Assembly (NCBI GenBank): GCA_026770705.1
Contig: JANJGN010000013.1
Location: 91,636,001 to 91,700,000 of the forward strand
Direction: 5' to 3'
Source of the DNA: Isurus oxyrinchus
Taxonomy: Eukaryota
Length of the DNA stretch: 64,000 nt
Part shown: piece after piece, positions 49,801 through 62,599 of the stretch
Layout of the letters: every line of letters starts with the position of its first letter
How positions within the stretch are numbered: position 1 is the stretch's first letter
The notes under the pieces: model-generated
What the model saw: only the letters and a program-made list of their open reading frames with translations
Database searches by the model: none
Told to the model about the DNA's origin: nothing
Translations under genes and position numbers: made by a program

Positions 49801-52239
49801 ATTTTTTAATATTCGTTCATGGGATGTGGACGTCACTAGTTAGGCCAGCATTTATTGCCAATCGCTAACTGCCCTTGGAAAGGTGGGGGTGAGCTGCCTT
49901 CTTGAACTGCTGCAGTGTAGGTACACCCACAGTGCTGTTAGGAAGGGAGTTCAAGGATTTTGACACAATGACAGTGAAGGAAGGGCGAAATATTTTCAGT
50001 CAGGCTGATGAGCGACTTGGAGGGGAACTTGCAGGTGGTGTTGTTCCCATCTATCTGCTGCCCTTGTCTTTCTAGATGGTAACAGTCATGGGTTTGGAAG
50101 ATGATGTCTAAGGAGCCTTGGTGAATTCCTGCAGCACATCTTGTAGATGGTACACACTGCTGCCACTATGTGTCAGTGGTAGAAGGAGTGAATGTTTATG
50201 GATGGGGTGCCAATCAAGCAGACTGCTTTGTCCTGGATGGTGTCAAGCTTCTTGAGTGTTGTAGGGACCACACTCATCTAGGCAAGTGCAAAGTATTCCA
50301 TTGCATTCCTGACTTGTGCCTTGTAGATGGTGGACAGGCTTTGGGAAGTCAGGACATGAGTTACTCATCACGGGATTCCTAGCCTCTGACCTGCCTTTGT
50401 AGCCACAGTATTTATATGGCTGGTCCAGTTCAGTTTCTGGTCAACGGTAACCCCCAGGATGTTGATAGTCAGGGATTCAGTAATGGTAACACCATTGAAT
50501 GTCAAGGGGCAATGGTTGGATTCTCTTTTGTTAGAGATGGTCATTGGCTGGCATTTGTGTGGCATGAATGTTACTTACCATTCGTCAGCCCAAGTCTGGA
50601 TATTGTCTGGGACTTGCTGCATTTGTACATGGACTGCTTCACTTTCTGAGGAGTCGTGAATGCTGCTGAACATTGTGCAATCATTAGTGAACATCCCCAC
50701 TTCTGACCTTATGATGGAAGGAAGGTCATTGATGAAGCAGCTGAAGGTGGTTGGGCCTAGGACTCTACCGGAGGTAGTGATATTCTGGAACTGAGATGAT
50801 TGACCTCCAACAACCACAACCATCTTCCTTTGTGCTAGGTATGACTCCAACCAGCAGATTCCAGTTTTGCCAAGGCTCTTGATGCCACACAGTCAAATGC
50901 TGCTTTGATGTCAAGGGCAATGACTCTCACCTCACCACGGGAGTTCAGCTCTTTTGTACATGTTTGAACCAAGGCTGTGAGGAGGTCAGGAGCTACGTGG
51001 CCCTGGCAGAACACAAACTGAGCATCAGTGAGCAGGTTATTGCTAATCAAGTGCCACTTGATAGCAATGTTGATGACCCTTTCCATCATCTTACTGATGA
51101 TCACGAGTAGACTGATGGGCAGTAATTAGATCGGCTGGATTTGTCCTGCTTCTTGTGTACAGGACATACCTGGGCAATTTTCCACACAGCCGGGTAGATG
51201 CCAGTGTTGTAGCTCTACTGGAACAGCTTGGCTAGGGGTGTGGTAAGTTCTGGAGCACAAGTCTTCAGTACTATTGCCAGAATATTGTCAGGGCCCATAG
51301 CCTTTGCAATATTCAGTGCCTTCAGTCATTTCTTGATATCACGTGGAGTAAATCGAATTGGCTGAAGACTGGCAACTGTGATGCTGGGGACCTCCGGAGG
51401 AGGCCATGATGGATCATCCGCTCAACATGTCTAGCTGAAGATTGTAGCAAATGCTTCAGCCTTATCTTTTGCACTGACGTTCTGGGCTCCTCCATTATTG
51501 AGGATGGGAATATTTGTGGAGCCTCCTTCTCCAGTGAGTTGTTTAAATGTCCAACACCATTCACGACTGGATATGGCAGGACTGCAGAGCTTAGATATGA
51601 ACTGCTGCTTGTGGAATCGCTCACTTCTGTCTATCACTTGCTGCTTATGCTGTTTGGCATGCAAGTAGTCCTGTGTCACCAAATTAACACCTCACATTTT
51701 AGGTATGCCTGGGGCTGCTCCTGGCATGCCCTCCTGCACTCTTCATTGAACCAGGGTTGATCCCCTGGCTTGGTAGTAAGGGCAACATGGAGGATATGCC
51801 AGGCCATGAAATTACAGATTGTGGTTGAGTACAATTTTTCTGTACAATTTTTGAGTACAAATTTTCAGCGCCTCATGGTTGCCCAGCCTTGAGTTGCTAG
51901 CTCTGTTCAAAATCTATCCCAGGTAGTAGTGCCATACAACGCGATGAAGAGTATCCTCAATGTGAAGAAGGGACTTCATCTCCGCAAAGACTGTGCGGTG
52001 GTCACTCTTTCATGTACTGTCATGGGCAGACGCATCTGCGGTGAGGATAATGTCCAGTATATTTTTTCCTCTTGTTGGTTTCCTCACAACCTACTGCAGA
52101 CCCACTCGGCCAGCTCGGTCTGTATTGATGCTTCTGAGCCACTCTTGGTGATGGATCTTGAAGTCCCCCACCCAGAGTCCATTGTGTGCCCTTGCCACCC
52201 TCAGTCCTTCCTCCAAGTGATTCACTAGCTGAAGTGAGG

Positions 52240-52273
<34 letters not shown>

Positions 52274-52880
52274 CGGTGGGGGTGTGGTGGTGGTGGTGGT
52301 GTAGGGTGGAGGTGGGGGGGCAGAAGGTTTCCTTGCCCATGTTTGACCTGATGCCACAAGACATCATGGGGTTCAGAGTTAATCTTGAGGTCTCCTAGGA
52401 CAACTTCCTCCTGACTGTATGCCACCACATTGGTGTCTGCGCCATTTTCTGTAAGGTATGATTCCATGAGTATGACCATGTCAGGATGTTGCTTGACTAG
52501 TCTGTGAGACAGCTCTCCCAATCTTGGCACTTGACCCCAGATGTCAGCAAGGAGGGCTTTGCAGGGCCAACAGGGCTGAGTTTGCCATTGTCGTTTCTGA
52601 GGTCTGTCCGCTTCCAGTCCTTTTTGACTTTTTAGCGATTTGGTGCAACTGAGTGGCTTACTAGGCCATTTCAGAGGGGATTTAAGAGAAAAACCACATT
52701 GTTGTGGATTTGGAGTCAAATGTAAGCCAGACCAAGCAAGGCTGACATATTAGTGAACCAGACTTTTAATTCCAGGTATTTATGAAATTTAACTTTCAGC
52801 ATCTGCCTGTGGCGGGATTCGAACCCAGGTTCCCAGAGAATCACCTTGGATCTCTAGTCCAGTGTGCCATCGCCTCCTAC
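49801..52880 (-). mobile_element. Near full-length single-ORF LINE (CR1/L2 group) with tRNA-like 5' head
   Basis: APE motifs (PDMVILMESYL, LWVGDFK), RT motifs (ALDIKAAFD, VLGPTTFSCFINDLP, MFTNDCT); B box GGTTCGAATCC at 52815-52825; many frameshifts. Confidence 0.9.
52238..52320 (+). repeat. Poly-G (33 nt, 52241-52273) plus (GGT)n tract
   Basis: Directly visible. Confidence 0.95.
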
Positions 52881-53687
52881 TCATTTATTCTTACTCTTTA
52901 TGTCCTGTTAGTTAGCCAGTCCTCTATCCATGCCAATATACCACTCCCAACACCGTAAACTCTAATCTCATGTAGTAACCTTTTACATGGCACCTTATCA
53001 AATACCTTTTGGAAATCCAAAAATGCTGCATCTACCAGCTCCCCTTTATTCACCCCGTCAGTTGCATCCTCAAAGAACTCTAATAAATTTGTCAAACACA
53101 AATTTCTTTTCACAAAACCACATTGTCTCTGTCTGTTTGTATTATGTCCCACTATTACCTCCTTAACAATGGATTCTAGCATTTGCCCAAAGACAGATGT
53201 ATGGCTAATTGGCCTATAGTTTCCTGCTTTCTGTCTCCTTCCTTTTTTGAATAGAGGTATTACATTTGTGACTTTTCAATCTGTTGAGACCTTTGCAGAA
53301 TCTGGGGAATTTTGGAAAATTACATCCAATGCATTCATTATCTCTACAGCCACTTCTTGTAAGACCCAAGGTGCAGGCCGTCAGGTCCAAGGGACCAGTC
53401 AGGCTTCATTCCATTACTTTTCTCAATTACTTTTTCTCTAGTGATAGTGCTTTGTTTTAAATTCCTCCCCCACTTTTGCTTCTTGATTTTTCTACAATTC
53501 TCGAGGTGTTTTTGTGTCTTCTACTGTGAAGACAGATACAAAATACTTTTTCAAAATCTCTGCCATTTCTTTCTTTCCCATTATTAATTCCGCAGTCTCA
53601 CCCTCTAAGGGACTATGCTCACTTTAGCTACTCTGTTCCTTTTCATATACTTGTGGAAACTTTTATTAGCTGTTTTTATACTTGTTT

Positions 53688-54796
53688 TGTGAAGGAATAA
53701 AGCTATAAATACAGAGCTATAAGATTGAAAAGAGTTGAAAAGTTAAAGGCAGAATTCATCTGCTGGGCACAGATTCAGAAGTTTAGAAACATGCCTGGAC
53801 ATAACTATGTGCTCAAGGACACCAACATCCTATGACATAGGAGATAGTACATCCTCTAACGCAAGGCAGTTCCTGGAAAAACAGGAACTAACCTCTACAT
53901 CACCTCAGCTAGTCACTGATAAATCATAAAATACTATAATCTAACAATGTATAACCTTAAGGATAGCCGTAAATTACTTGTCAACTAAATGCTGGAAAAT
54001 GAGTGTAGCAAGGAAGTGACCACCATCTGCACCTCTCAGTATCCTGTTAACGAAAATGAAGCATGTTGACTAAAACAAAGGATTCTGTCTAGCATGTGTG
54101 CACAACATGTTTCCTGCTGGTTCAGTTCTTTTATGGTATGGATATTGGAACCATACAGTGGAATTTTTAGATTTGTTAGATTCACTCCAGTGTCTCTCAC
54201 AGTAAAGGCGTAGCTACTGTAGTGTAGAGACGATAGTTCTCCCCTTAATTGGGATAGAGGTCCCTCATTAGATTCTGTAGATTTCTACTCAGGTAAATAC
54301 TACTTTAAATATCGATGGATATCTTAAATACATCTCTGTAACATTATTCAAACCTGGATTCTCTAATAGCAACAAGATTTTACTTTATTTTCCTAGAACT
54401 ATCAATGTTGCGTTTAATTTACCATCAAATGTGAATTGCATATTCAGTTCTTTAATAAAATTTTATATAATTTAGAAAGTATATTGTCTCATATAGTCTT
54501 CTGTATCCAAACTCGAGAACCAATCTCCATACACTCTTCTGTGTAGAGATACATTATTGATGAAAAATGCCCAGGCCTTCATAATATCCGGATTGTTATA
54601 ATCTGGCTAAAACTTGTTTAAAAGGCTATCTGGAGGGCAGTAATATTTTCTGCTGGCTTTTTTCCTCCAGGGAGAGTTCTTCAGACCCATTTAAGTGTCT
54701 GTGAGGTCTGTCTTTCTCAACCTTAAGTGAATGTGATCTTTCAAGGAATATGCTTAATCCAGAATAATCCCAAAAAGGGATAGGATTGTAATCCAC
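53688..54796. mobile_element. Unclassified 1.1-kb insertion, candidate LTR
   Basis: Interrupts CR1; begins TGTGAAGG, inverted match CCTTCATA at 54576-54583, AATAAA near 54455; no clean TSD. Confidence 0.45.
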
Positions 54797-57261
54797 TTTA
54801 TTTGTTAGTTTTCTCTTATATTCCAATTTCTCCCTCTTTATAATTCTTTTAGTCATTATTTATTGGTCTGTAAAGCTTTTCTCATCTTCTGGCCCACCAC
54901 TAATCTCTGCAGCATTATACTATTTTTCTTTCAATTTGATACCACCTTTAACTTCCTTAGTTAGCCACAGATGGTGCATCCTTTTCATATTGTCTTTCTT
55001 TCTCAATGGAATGTATCTTTGTTGAGAGTTATGAAATATCTCTTTAAATGTCTGCCACTACTACCTTACTGTTTAACCTATTTACCCAGTCCACTTTAGC
55101 CCACTTGTTTTGTACCCTTGTAACTGCCTTTGTTTAAGTTTAGAATGCTAGTTTATGGACCCACATTTCCCACTCTCAAATTGAATGCAAAATTTCATCA
55201 GGTTATGATCACTCTTGCCTACAGGGTCTTTTACTATGAGGTCGTTAATTAATCCTGTCTCATTACACATTACTGAGTCCAAAATAGCCTGAGGAAATAG
55301 TTTATTTCTATCTACCCTATTAAAATCTTTAATCACGCTAAACATCTCAATCAGATCACTCTTAATCTTCTATACTCACAGAAATACAAACCATTGTATG
55401 CAACTTGTTCTCAGAATTTAACCCTTTTTTTAGCCTTGGTATTATTCTGACAGATCACAGCCAGTGTGCTTTGTGGATCTGTGTCCATCCAAGACTAACA
55501 GCAGTATAAGGTAAATGCAGAGAAGCAAATTCCACCAAGGAGAATAGTTCCTATGCCTTTTTATTGGAGGATGTAACCCCTCTTTCAACATGGGTGACAT
55601 CACATAAATAGGCTAAGGGTCCCTTTAAAAAGGGTCTGAATGCTCGTCCATGATTCTTTGCATCCGGCATTTACTGGTACACAATTAATCCTGAATTTTC
55701 CTTCCCAAATAAAAATACAAGTTACTGAACAAGAAGCATTTTGGGAAAATTCAGTTAGTTGTGGTTTCAATTCCAAAATAATGTGATAAAGGCCATTGTA
55801 AGTCTTTTTTAAGTAAGAAAGCAGACTAGCAGGTCTAATCGTTTCAAGTAAGCAATAGTCTCAGGTCAATCAGAGGTTAACTGCATTTGGGTAGTGAAGT
55901 TTGCAGAACCAGGTGCTTGTAAATTTTCAGCTCCAGTTCAGATTGCAACCTCCCTTGGCGACAGCAATCGACCTCAGCATGAAATGGCTGCCTTTTCCTT
56001 GCCCATTTTGTAATATATATTTTTAAATTGTTCACTTAGGATTTGTTGGGGCCAATGTCAATGTCGCTGATAGTCACTCTCAAGACTTCTACATAAATAG
56101 ACTGATAGACTGCGCTGGGCAAGATTTGTACAATCAACCATCCTACCTCTAGCTGTTCAAGTTGTCTTGATGGTAAATGTCAGGTATTTACTGCCAGACT
56201 ACAAATGTTCAATTTACTACATTTATGAGTTTTAATTTACTGCCCTCAGTAATTAAGCTATTAAATAGTGACCTTCCCATTACTTGTTATGAAGCAGAAG
56301 TACAAGATAAAGAACTTCCTCCAATGCACTGGCAAAAGAAAATTGTCTGGTTGAAGATCGTTGTTTTTCCACATCGTAAAGCTCCACAATCTTAGTGTTC
56401 CAATTGCACCACTGATATTGTTGAGGACACATCAGACAATATCACCACAGAGAATCCTGCAGAACTGCATCCAGGATTGGTCATGGTGCCAACTGGGAAG
56501 CGTCCAAATCAGGAAAAGATGGATCTGACCACACAGTACTATCGAACAATATAAACTCTCCACAATTCATCATTTGCTTTAACTCTTAGCTTACTCAAAC
56601 TCACTAACATTCCTTCGGTTAGAGGCTGGCATGTCTACTTACCTTTCTGCTTAATGGGGCAAAACATCTACAGAAGTGGCACGGTCAAATTCACAACTCC
56701 ACCATGTCAACCTTGAGCCCTCGACATTTTACAGGCTGAAAAAATTCTTTTGTAATCACTATTTAACCAATCAAGTATGTCTTTTTTATAAAAATTACTC
56801 CCAGCTCTGAAATGGTCATCAGAAACAGTGGAGGCAGGAGAAAAGTTGAAGTTACTAAAACTAGAAAATAAATGTTTAAAAAAGGTTGAGCAGAAGGTAT
56901 TAAAGAAAATTGAGTACAATAAGAAGGAGTGAAACAGAAAAAATAGGGAAGAGAGATTAGAGAAAATAATAGGGTGAGCAGAAAGAAAGTGTATTTATCA
57001 TTTTAAATTGCTTTTAGTATTTACTATATTAAGAATAAAGCTATTGAGTAACTATTACTGAGTTTTCAGGATTGCATTACTGTAACTATGAATATTTTAC
57101 ATCAATTACTGTTTTATTATAGCTATTCAATGTTTTATTATTATTATTGGCTATTCAGTATATCGTTATACTTCCCGTAATATTGTGCTAATTCTGCTTT
57201 TTAGCATTTTATGATTGTATTTTATCAGCATTCTATAATTGCTGCTCTTCTTTAAAGCATC

Positions 57262-57500
57262 AGTTCTTTACCCAGAGAGCGGTGGGAGAATGCAAAAATT
57301 GGTGCCATATGCAGTGGCTGAAGCGAATAGCATAGACATGTTTAAGGAGAGGCTTCAAAAATATATGATGGGGGAGGAATAGAAGGTTATGTTGAGAGGG
57401 TTGGTTAAAGCAAAGAGTGGGAGGAGACTCATGTGGAGGATAAACACTGGCAGAGACCTGTTGGGCCAAATGGTCCGATTCTGTGCTGTAAGTTCTATGC
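57262..57500 (+). mobile_element. CR1 3' tail
   Basis: ttctttacccagagagcggtgggagaatg...gggccaaatggtccgattctgtgctgtaagttctatg. Confidence 0.85.
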
Positions 57501-57808
57501 AGTCGCAATAGAATGATTTTGCCCTGCATCATGAATGTCTTGATGCTCTGTGACACACTGACAGTTCTTAAAACATTTTAAATCGTGTAATGTTTTCTTT
57601 TAAAATAGAAGGGATGTTATTTTTCCTTTTGTGTACATTGGATTCTGATGATATGGTGCAACAGTGCTCTTTAGTTCCCTTCACAGAATGAATAGATTTT
57701 CTTCACATGCAGTGAGGTGCAATGTTATGCTGAACATTACAGAGTGACCACAAATGACGTCACCTCATCCCGGATACAGGGAGAAGTAATGACCGCTTCC
57801 CATGATTG

Positions 57809-57937
57809 TGAGTCATAACGGACTCGAAACATTAACTGTTTCTCTCTCCACGGAGGCTGCCAGATCTGCTGAGTTTTTCCAGCACTTTTTTGCCTTTGTT
57901 TTAAGATTTCCAGCATCCACAGCATTTTTCTTTTATT
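57809..57937 (+). mobile_element. Neptune-type Penelope terminal fragment
   Basis: gagtcataacggactcgaaacattaact...ctgctgagtttttccagc...gatttccagcatcc; similar to 9420-9498. Confidence 0.85.
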
Positions 57938-58624
57938 CCCTGACTAGTGAGATGATTTCATGCCCCAAGTTGTATTGCAGTGACATCTGGGCACACTCTG
58001 AAAGGGGAGCGGAGGCCCTCCTTTTAAATAAGGTTTCATTGGGCAGGTCTTTGAAAGATGGCAGGAGAGTTACAAGGCTGTCTAAAGTTGTACCATAGCT
58101 GGTGACTGGACAACAGAGATAGAAGTAGATTTTAAACTTTCTGCATTCGTAACTGCCTAAATTTATTTCCACAGACGTCAACACAAAGGGTGGTTTCTAC
58201 AGCAGGGTGGGCAGGGTTGGCTGGGGGAGGGGTGGAAACGCCTGATCTACAATGGCAGGTTTACACCCAGCCAGCAATTTGTCAATCGGTCAGATGGTTG
58301 GTTAAACTAAAGGAGGATAAAGAGGCACAAGAACAGATCAAGCACATGGGATTAGTTCTACTGCTGGTGGAGGGTAAAGATCAACACAAACTGGCTGGGC
58401 CGAATGCCTGTTGTCCATGCTGCATTTTCCGAGGTAAAGTAGAACCACATGCCAATAAAGCAAAAGGTATGATTATTTTGAGAAGAGTAAGAGCTCAGAG
58501 GAGTCATTTTTCTCACTCCACTGTCAAATAGATGCAACATTGCAATGTTTCAATGTTTTCATTTGTGTTGTGATGACTTTGCACACTCCGCCATTCAACA
58601 AGAGTTTCATCACTGAACCACAAT

Positions 58625-58745
58625 GTGGCTTTATCATTGTGTTTCCTACGTTAAACAGTGGCTATACTTAAAAAATACTTCATTGGCTGTAAAGCGCTTT
58701 GGGACATCCTGAGATCATGAAAGGCACTATGTAAATGAAAGCACT
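58625..58745 (+). mobile_element. DeuSINE-like 3' tail
   Basis: cattggctgtaaagcgctttgggacatcctgagatcatgaaaggcactatgtaaatg. Confidence 0.8.
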
Positions 58746-59291
58746 TCCATTCTTTCTTTCCCTACATGACCATCAAGATAGTCCCAGGACAGAACTGGCA
58801 GTGTTGTCGTCCTCTAAGAAATGTGAAATTCATTATGATTTTACCGTATTTTGAAGCAAATATGCCAAACTGGGTTCATTAACATAAGTGAGCTCAGATG
58901 AAAACCCTCTTCACCACTTCAGCGCTCATCAAAATGTTACCACATTGGTACAAAAATACCCCCCAGTAAGATGGTAGAGATATAACCAGTCTGAATAGAA
59001 CACAAGTTAATGTAAGGTTTGTACACTGATAAGTGAGGTGGAAAGCTTTCCTGACTAGCATAAACAGCCAACAGCATGAATCCAAACTTGCGGAGCTATG
59101 AGCTGACCAAACCTTCAGTAAGGCACTGGACCAGATCTTCAGATTCGGGCCAGTTTTGGAGGCCTTTAAAAATGGCTGGTGGGACCTGATTACAGGATTC
59201 CCACTGCCAGTGGGGGATAAGGGTGCAAGTAGCAAGCCCACACCTTGCATTTCTGACCTCGCTGGTTCCATTGTGGGGCTAGGTATCTTCA

Positions 59292-59384
59292 CAAGTATTC
59301 ATAATGAGACCATCTAAAGGAACAGATGTATGGCCATCTGTTTCAGTTGATACAGTTCACAGATGGCCTCATTATGAATGCTTG
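59292..59384. other. 93-nt hairpin / palindrome
   Basis: 24-bp arms 59292-59315 and 59361-59384 (2 differences). Confidence 0.85.
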
Positions 59385-60214
59385 GCTAAACTCCAAGGTT
59401 TATTAATGAGTTAGCTCAGCAGGGGTCTGCTATCACAGGTGGCAGTAGAGTGTTTGCTTTGATCAATTGGAATCTTTATATGGTTATAATAAGTTATTCT
59501 TTCTTTGAACTGTTTCTTTCCATGTCTGTATGTTTATTAGGCTAAGACTAAGAAGTGTTAAGTGAGGTTAAAGCTTCCATTATTGATACTGCAATGGGTC
59601 CATCTGATTAACACTTTTATAAGGTTGTAATAGTGGTAGTTATTTTCAAAGGAGATTTTTGAATTGGTGTTTTTAAGTGCATTTCAAGATTTATCGTTGT
59701 CAATATATAGCTCATTGGTTCTATAGTGCATACTGGGTGAGAGGCCATGGAGGTGGCAAGAAGAGGTGATGGGGGAGGGGGATAAGGGGAAGATGGCTAG
59801 AGGGCCAAACAGACTTTAATAGAACTGGGACAAAGTCTCAGCGAACCAAGACGGAACTTCTAACCAGCCCGTCTCAGCACCCGCCCTCCTCTGTGGCCAC
59901 GTCCAAGCTTCCAGGGTAGGCAGGCATGACTCTCTCCTTCCCACTACTTCTCCAAAGTGGAAATAATACATGCAGGGGCTAGCTGTCTGGTGACAGGTCT
60001 GCCTTGTTGGGAAATTTCCTGGCTTGAGCTTCCTGCCTCATAAGGGAAAATCCAGCTGACTGTCTCAATCACCAATCCCAGGCGTTTCCAACACAACACA
60101 TCATCGCACCAAATCTTTAAAAGTGCTGTGTAAAGACCCGTTTACTCATAGATTTTCCCAAGGTGCATTCAACTCTCCAGAGAAAAGTCATAATAAACAA
60201 TAAACACAAATTGA

Positions 60215-60620
60215 GAAACAATTTGCATTTTTATCACACATTTCATAATCTGATGATGTCTCAAAGCACTTTTCAGCCAATTAAGTGCAGTTTGAAGTGT
60301 AGTCACTGCTGTACTGTAGGAAACAGGATAGCCAATTTGCACACAGCAAGATCCTATAAACAGCAACTCGCTTTAAACAAGTTGATTGAGGGATAAATGT
60401 TGGCTGAGACACAGGAGAGAAATACCTCTGCTCTTCTTCAAGTAGTACCATGAAATCTTTTACATTCACAAGAACCCATCTGAAAGATACCCGCCCTCAG
60501 TAGTGCATTGAACTGTCAGCCTATTTTATAGACTCAGGACTCTGAAATGAGACTTGAACCCATAACTTTCTGACCCAGAGGCGAGAGTAGTACTACCAAA
60601 CAGGCCATGGCTGACACTGT
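60215..60620 (-). mobile_element. DeuSINE-like SINE
   Basis: Reverse complement of the 25305-25870 family from tail (ttgcatttttat) to head (gacttgaacccataactttctgacccagagg). Confidence 0.8.
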
Positions 60621-61384
60621 ATTCCAAACCTGACTACATTCAAATAACATAGGCAGGAATCTAATGCCTTGCCTTAAGCAAACATACTAAAAAAACCTTC
60701 AGTGGAACTATTTCCTCTTTAAATCATTTTAATGAGCTACTACACCAGCAATTGTGTGTTATCTTGTGAGGAGATAATCTCTATCTACCTCAAGAAAGGC
60801 CATTGGAGTAAGGGTCAGAGACCCAGGGACTCGCAACACAAGTCCACATGCCTTAGCGAGACCTGGTATAAAGTGGGCAGAGGTATACTTGGTACTAATC
60901 TGCCAAAGGATGCAAATAGGGATTGCCTCTTGGTCTAGCTAGAGAGAAAAATACCAAATTTTGTTTAATATTTTCAAAGCATCCTTCCTTGTAATGAGGC
61001 CATGCAAGAGCGGTGGGGTGGGGTGGGATGGAATGGCCAGGGTGAGGTTGGTAGGAGCTGTTACTGTGTTTGAGTTGAGGACTCGATACTTCACTCCCAA
61101 AGGGGCATTGGGATGTTTTGTTTCAAAAATGGTTCAGAGTTTAGAAAACAAATAACCTATTTTGCTGTAGGGGAAAATGTGGTTTAAGCCAGTTTTGGAC
61201 ATGCAGATGAGGTCAGATCTGTAAAGTGTGCGCATTCCTATGATCTGACCATAAATATGCTGAGGTAAAATAAAGAGAGGGAGGGTTTTCCTGCTATAAA
61301 ATTGGCATAAATAAGTTTATGATGTGGAAAAACTGTTTCTTACTCTAAGTGTGACTGTATCTCAGTGGTAGCCCTTACAAACAG

Positions 61385-61972
61385 GAGCTTGAGCTTATAT
61401 AAGACAATAGTTAGACCTCAGCTAGAGTACTGTGTGCAATTCTGGGTGCCACACTATAGGAAGGACGTGAACGCATTGGAGATGGTGCAGAAGAGGTTTA
61501 AGAGAACGCTTCCAGGGATGAGAGACTTCGGTTATGAAGATGGATTGGAGAGGTTGAGACTGTTCTCCTTGGAGAGGAGAAAGCTAAGAGGAGATTTGGT
61601 AAAGGTTTTCAAAATCATGAGGGGGCTGGATAGAGTGGCCAGGGAGAAACTGCTCCTGCTCTTAAAAGGGTCAAGAATGAAAGGGCACAGAGTTAAAGAG
61701 TTTTGCAAAAGAAGTAAATGTGATGTTAGAAAAAACTTTTTCACACAGTGAATGGTTTGAGTCTTTAATGCACTGCCTGGAAGTGTGGTGGAGGCAGGTT
61801 CAATCAAAGCATTCAAGAGGGCATTGGATGATTATTTAACTAAAAACAATGTGCAAGGGTACGAGGTAAAGGTAGGAGAATGGCACTAAGTCATAATGCT
61901 CATTCAGAGAGCCGGTGCAGAAGTAATGGGCCAATTGGCCTTCTTCTGCACTGTAACAGTTCTTTGAGTCTG
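61385..61972 (+). mobile_element. CR1 3' end
   Basis: LYKTIVRPQLEYCVQFWVPHYRKDVNALEMVQKRF...LFSLERRKLRGDL...RKNFFTQ. Confidence 0.95.
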
Positions 61973-62255
61973 TAATCTAAGCTGACACATCAGTGCAGTA
62001 TTGAGGTAGTGCCATGCTATTAGAGGTTCCATGGTATAGATGCTTAGATAACCTATGATCCTACTCTACCTATTCAGGTAGATATAAAAGATCCTCAAGG
62101 AGCTACTTTGAAAAAAGAGCAGAGAATTTTCTTGGAACCATCTTCATTCCTGAACTTGCATCACCAAAAACTGTTAAACTGGTTATCCATCTCATTTTCT
62201 ATTTGTGGGACCCTGCCATATGCAAAATAACTGTACATTTGCTTAATGAACAACA
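61973..62255 (+). mobile_element. DeuSINE-like fragment, degenerate
   Basis: taatctaagctgacacatcagtgcagtattgagg...aaaagatcc...tttgtggga. Confidence 0.6.
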
Positions 62256-62599
62256 AATGACTGACCTATCACTTTCTCTGCCTTCCTTTATCTAAGGTTC
62301 TATTTATCTTGCTGTAAATCAGCACATTAAAGGATTCTTGCTTAAAATCACATTAAATAGAAACTGAAATTCAAACAAAATATGTTTCTTAAACAGAAAC
62401 TGAAGCATGTTAAAATTTAGGAAAAATGTTCACTTCTCATTTTAAATATAGAATCAGTGGACAAATTTACAGACCAATTAAGGTAGTCCCAATTTGACGC
62501 ATTTCACATCTGCTGATAGACTGATTATTTTGCCACCTGTACAAAGTATATCTTCAATTCAACATTACAATGAGTTTAATGGGCAATGGTCCTCCAGCT

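Larger units (their letters stand above)
48787..55290 (-). mobile_element. Long CR1 LINE in three pieces (48787-49800, 52881-53687, 54797-55290)
   Basis: ORF2 remnants in order: EN region (ILDSVMCNETGLINDLIVKDPVGKSDHN), RT (LESIVKE...LTNLLEFFED...FLDFQKVFDKVP), then C-terminus and tail. Confidence 0.9.

Noticed and set aside
52020-52719. Poly-Pro / His / Gly ORFs
   Set aside because: Translations of the poly-G and GGT tract inside a decayed LINE.
56396-56554. 52-codon open frame CSNCTTDIVEDTSDN...YYRTI*
   Set aside because: Weak acceptor, no recognisable homology, no partner exons.
57000-57255. AT-rich tract as a functional element
   Set aside because: Simple low-complexity (TAT/ATT) sequence without a defined unit.
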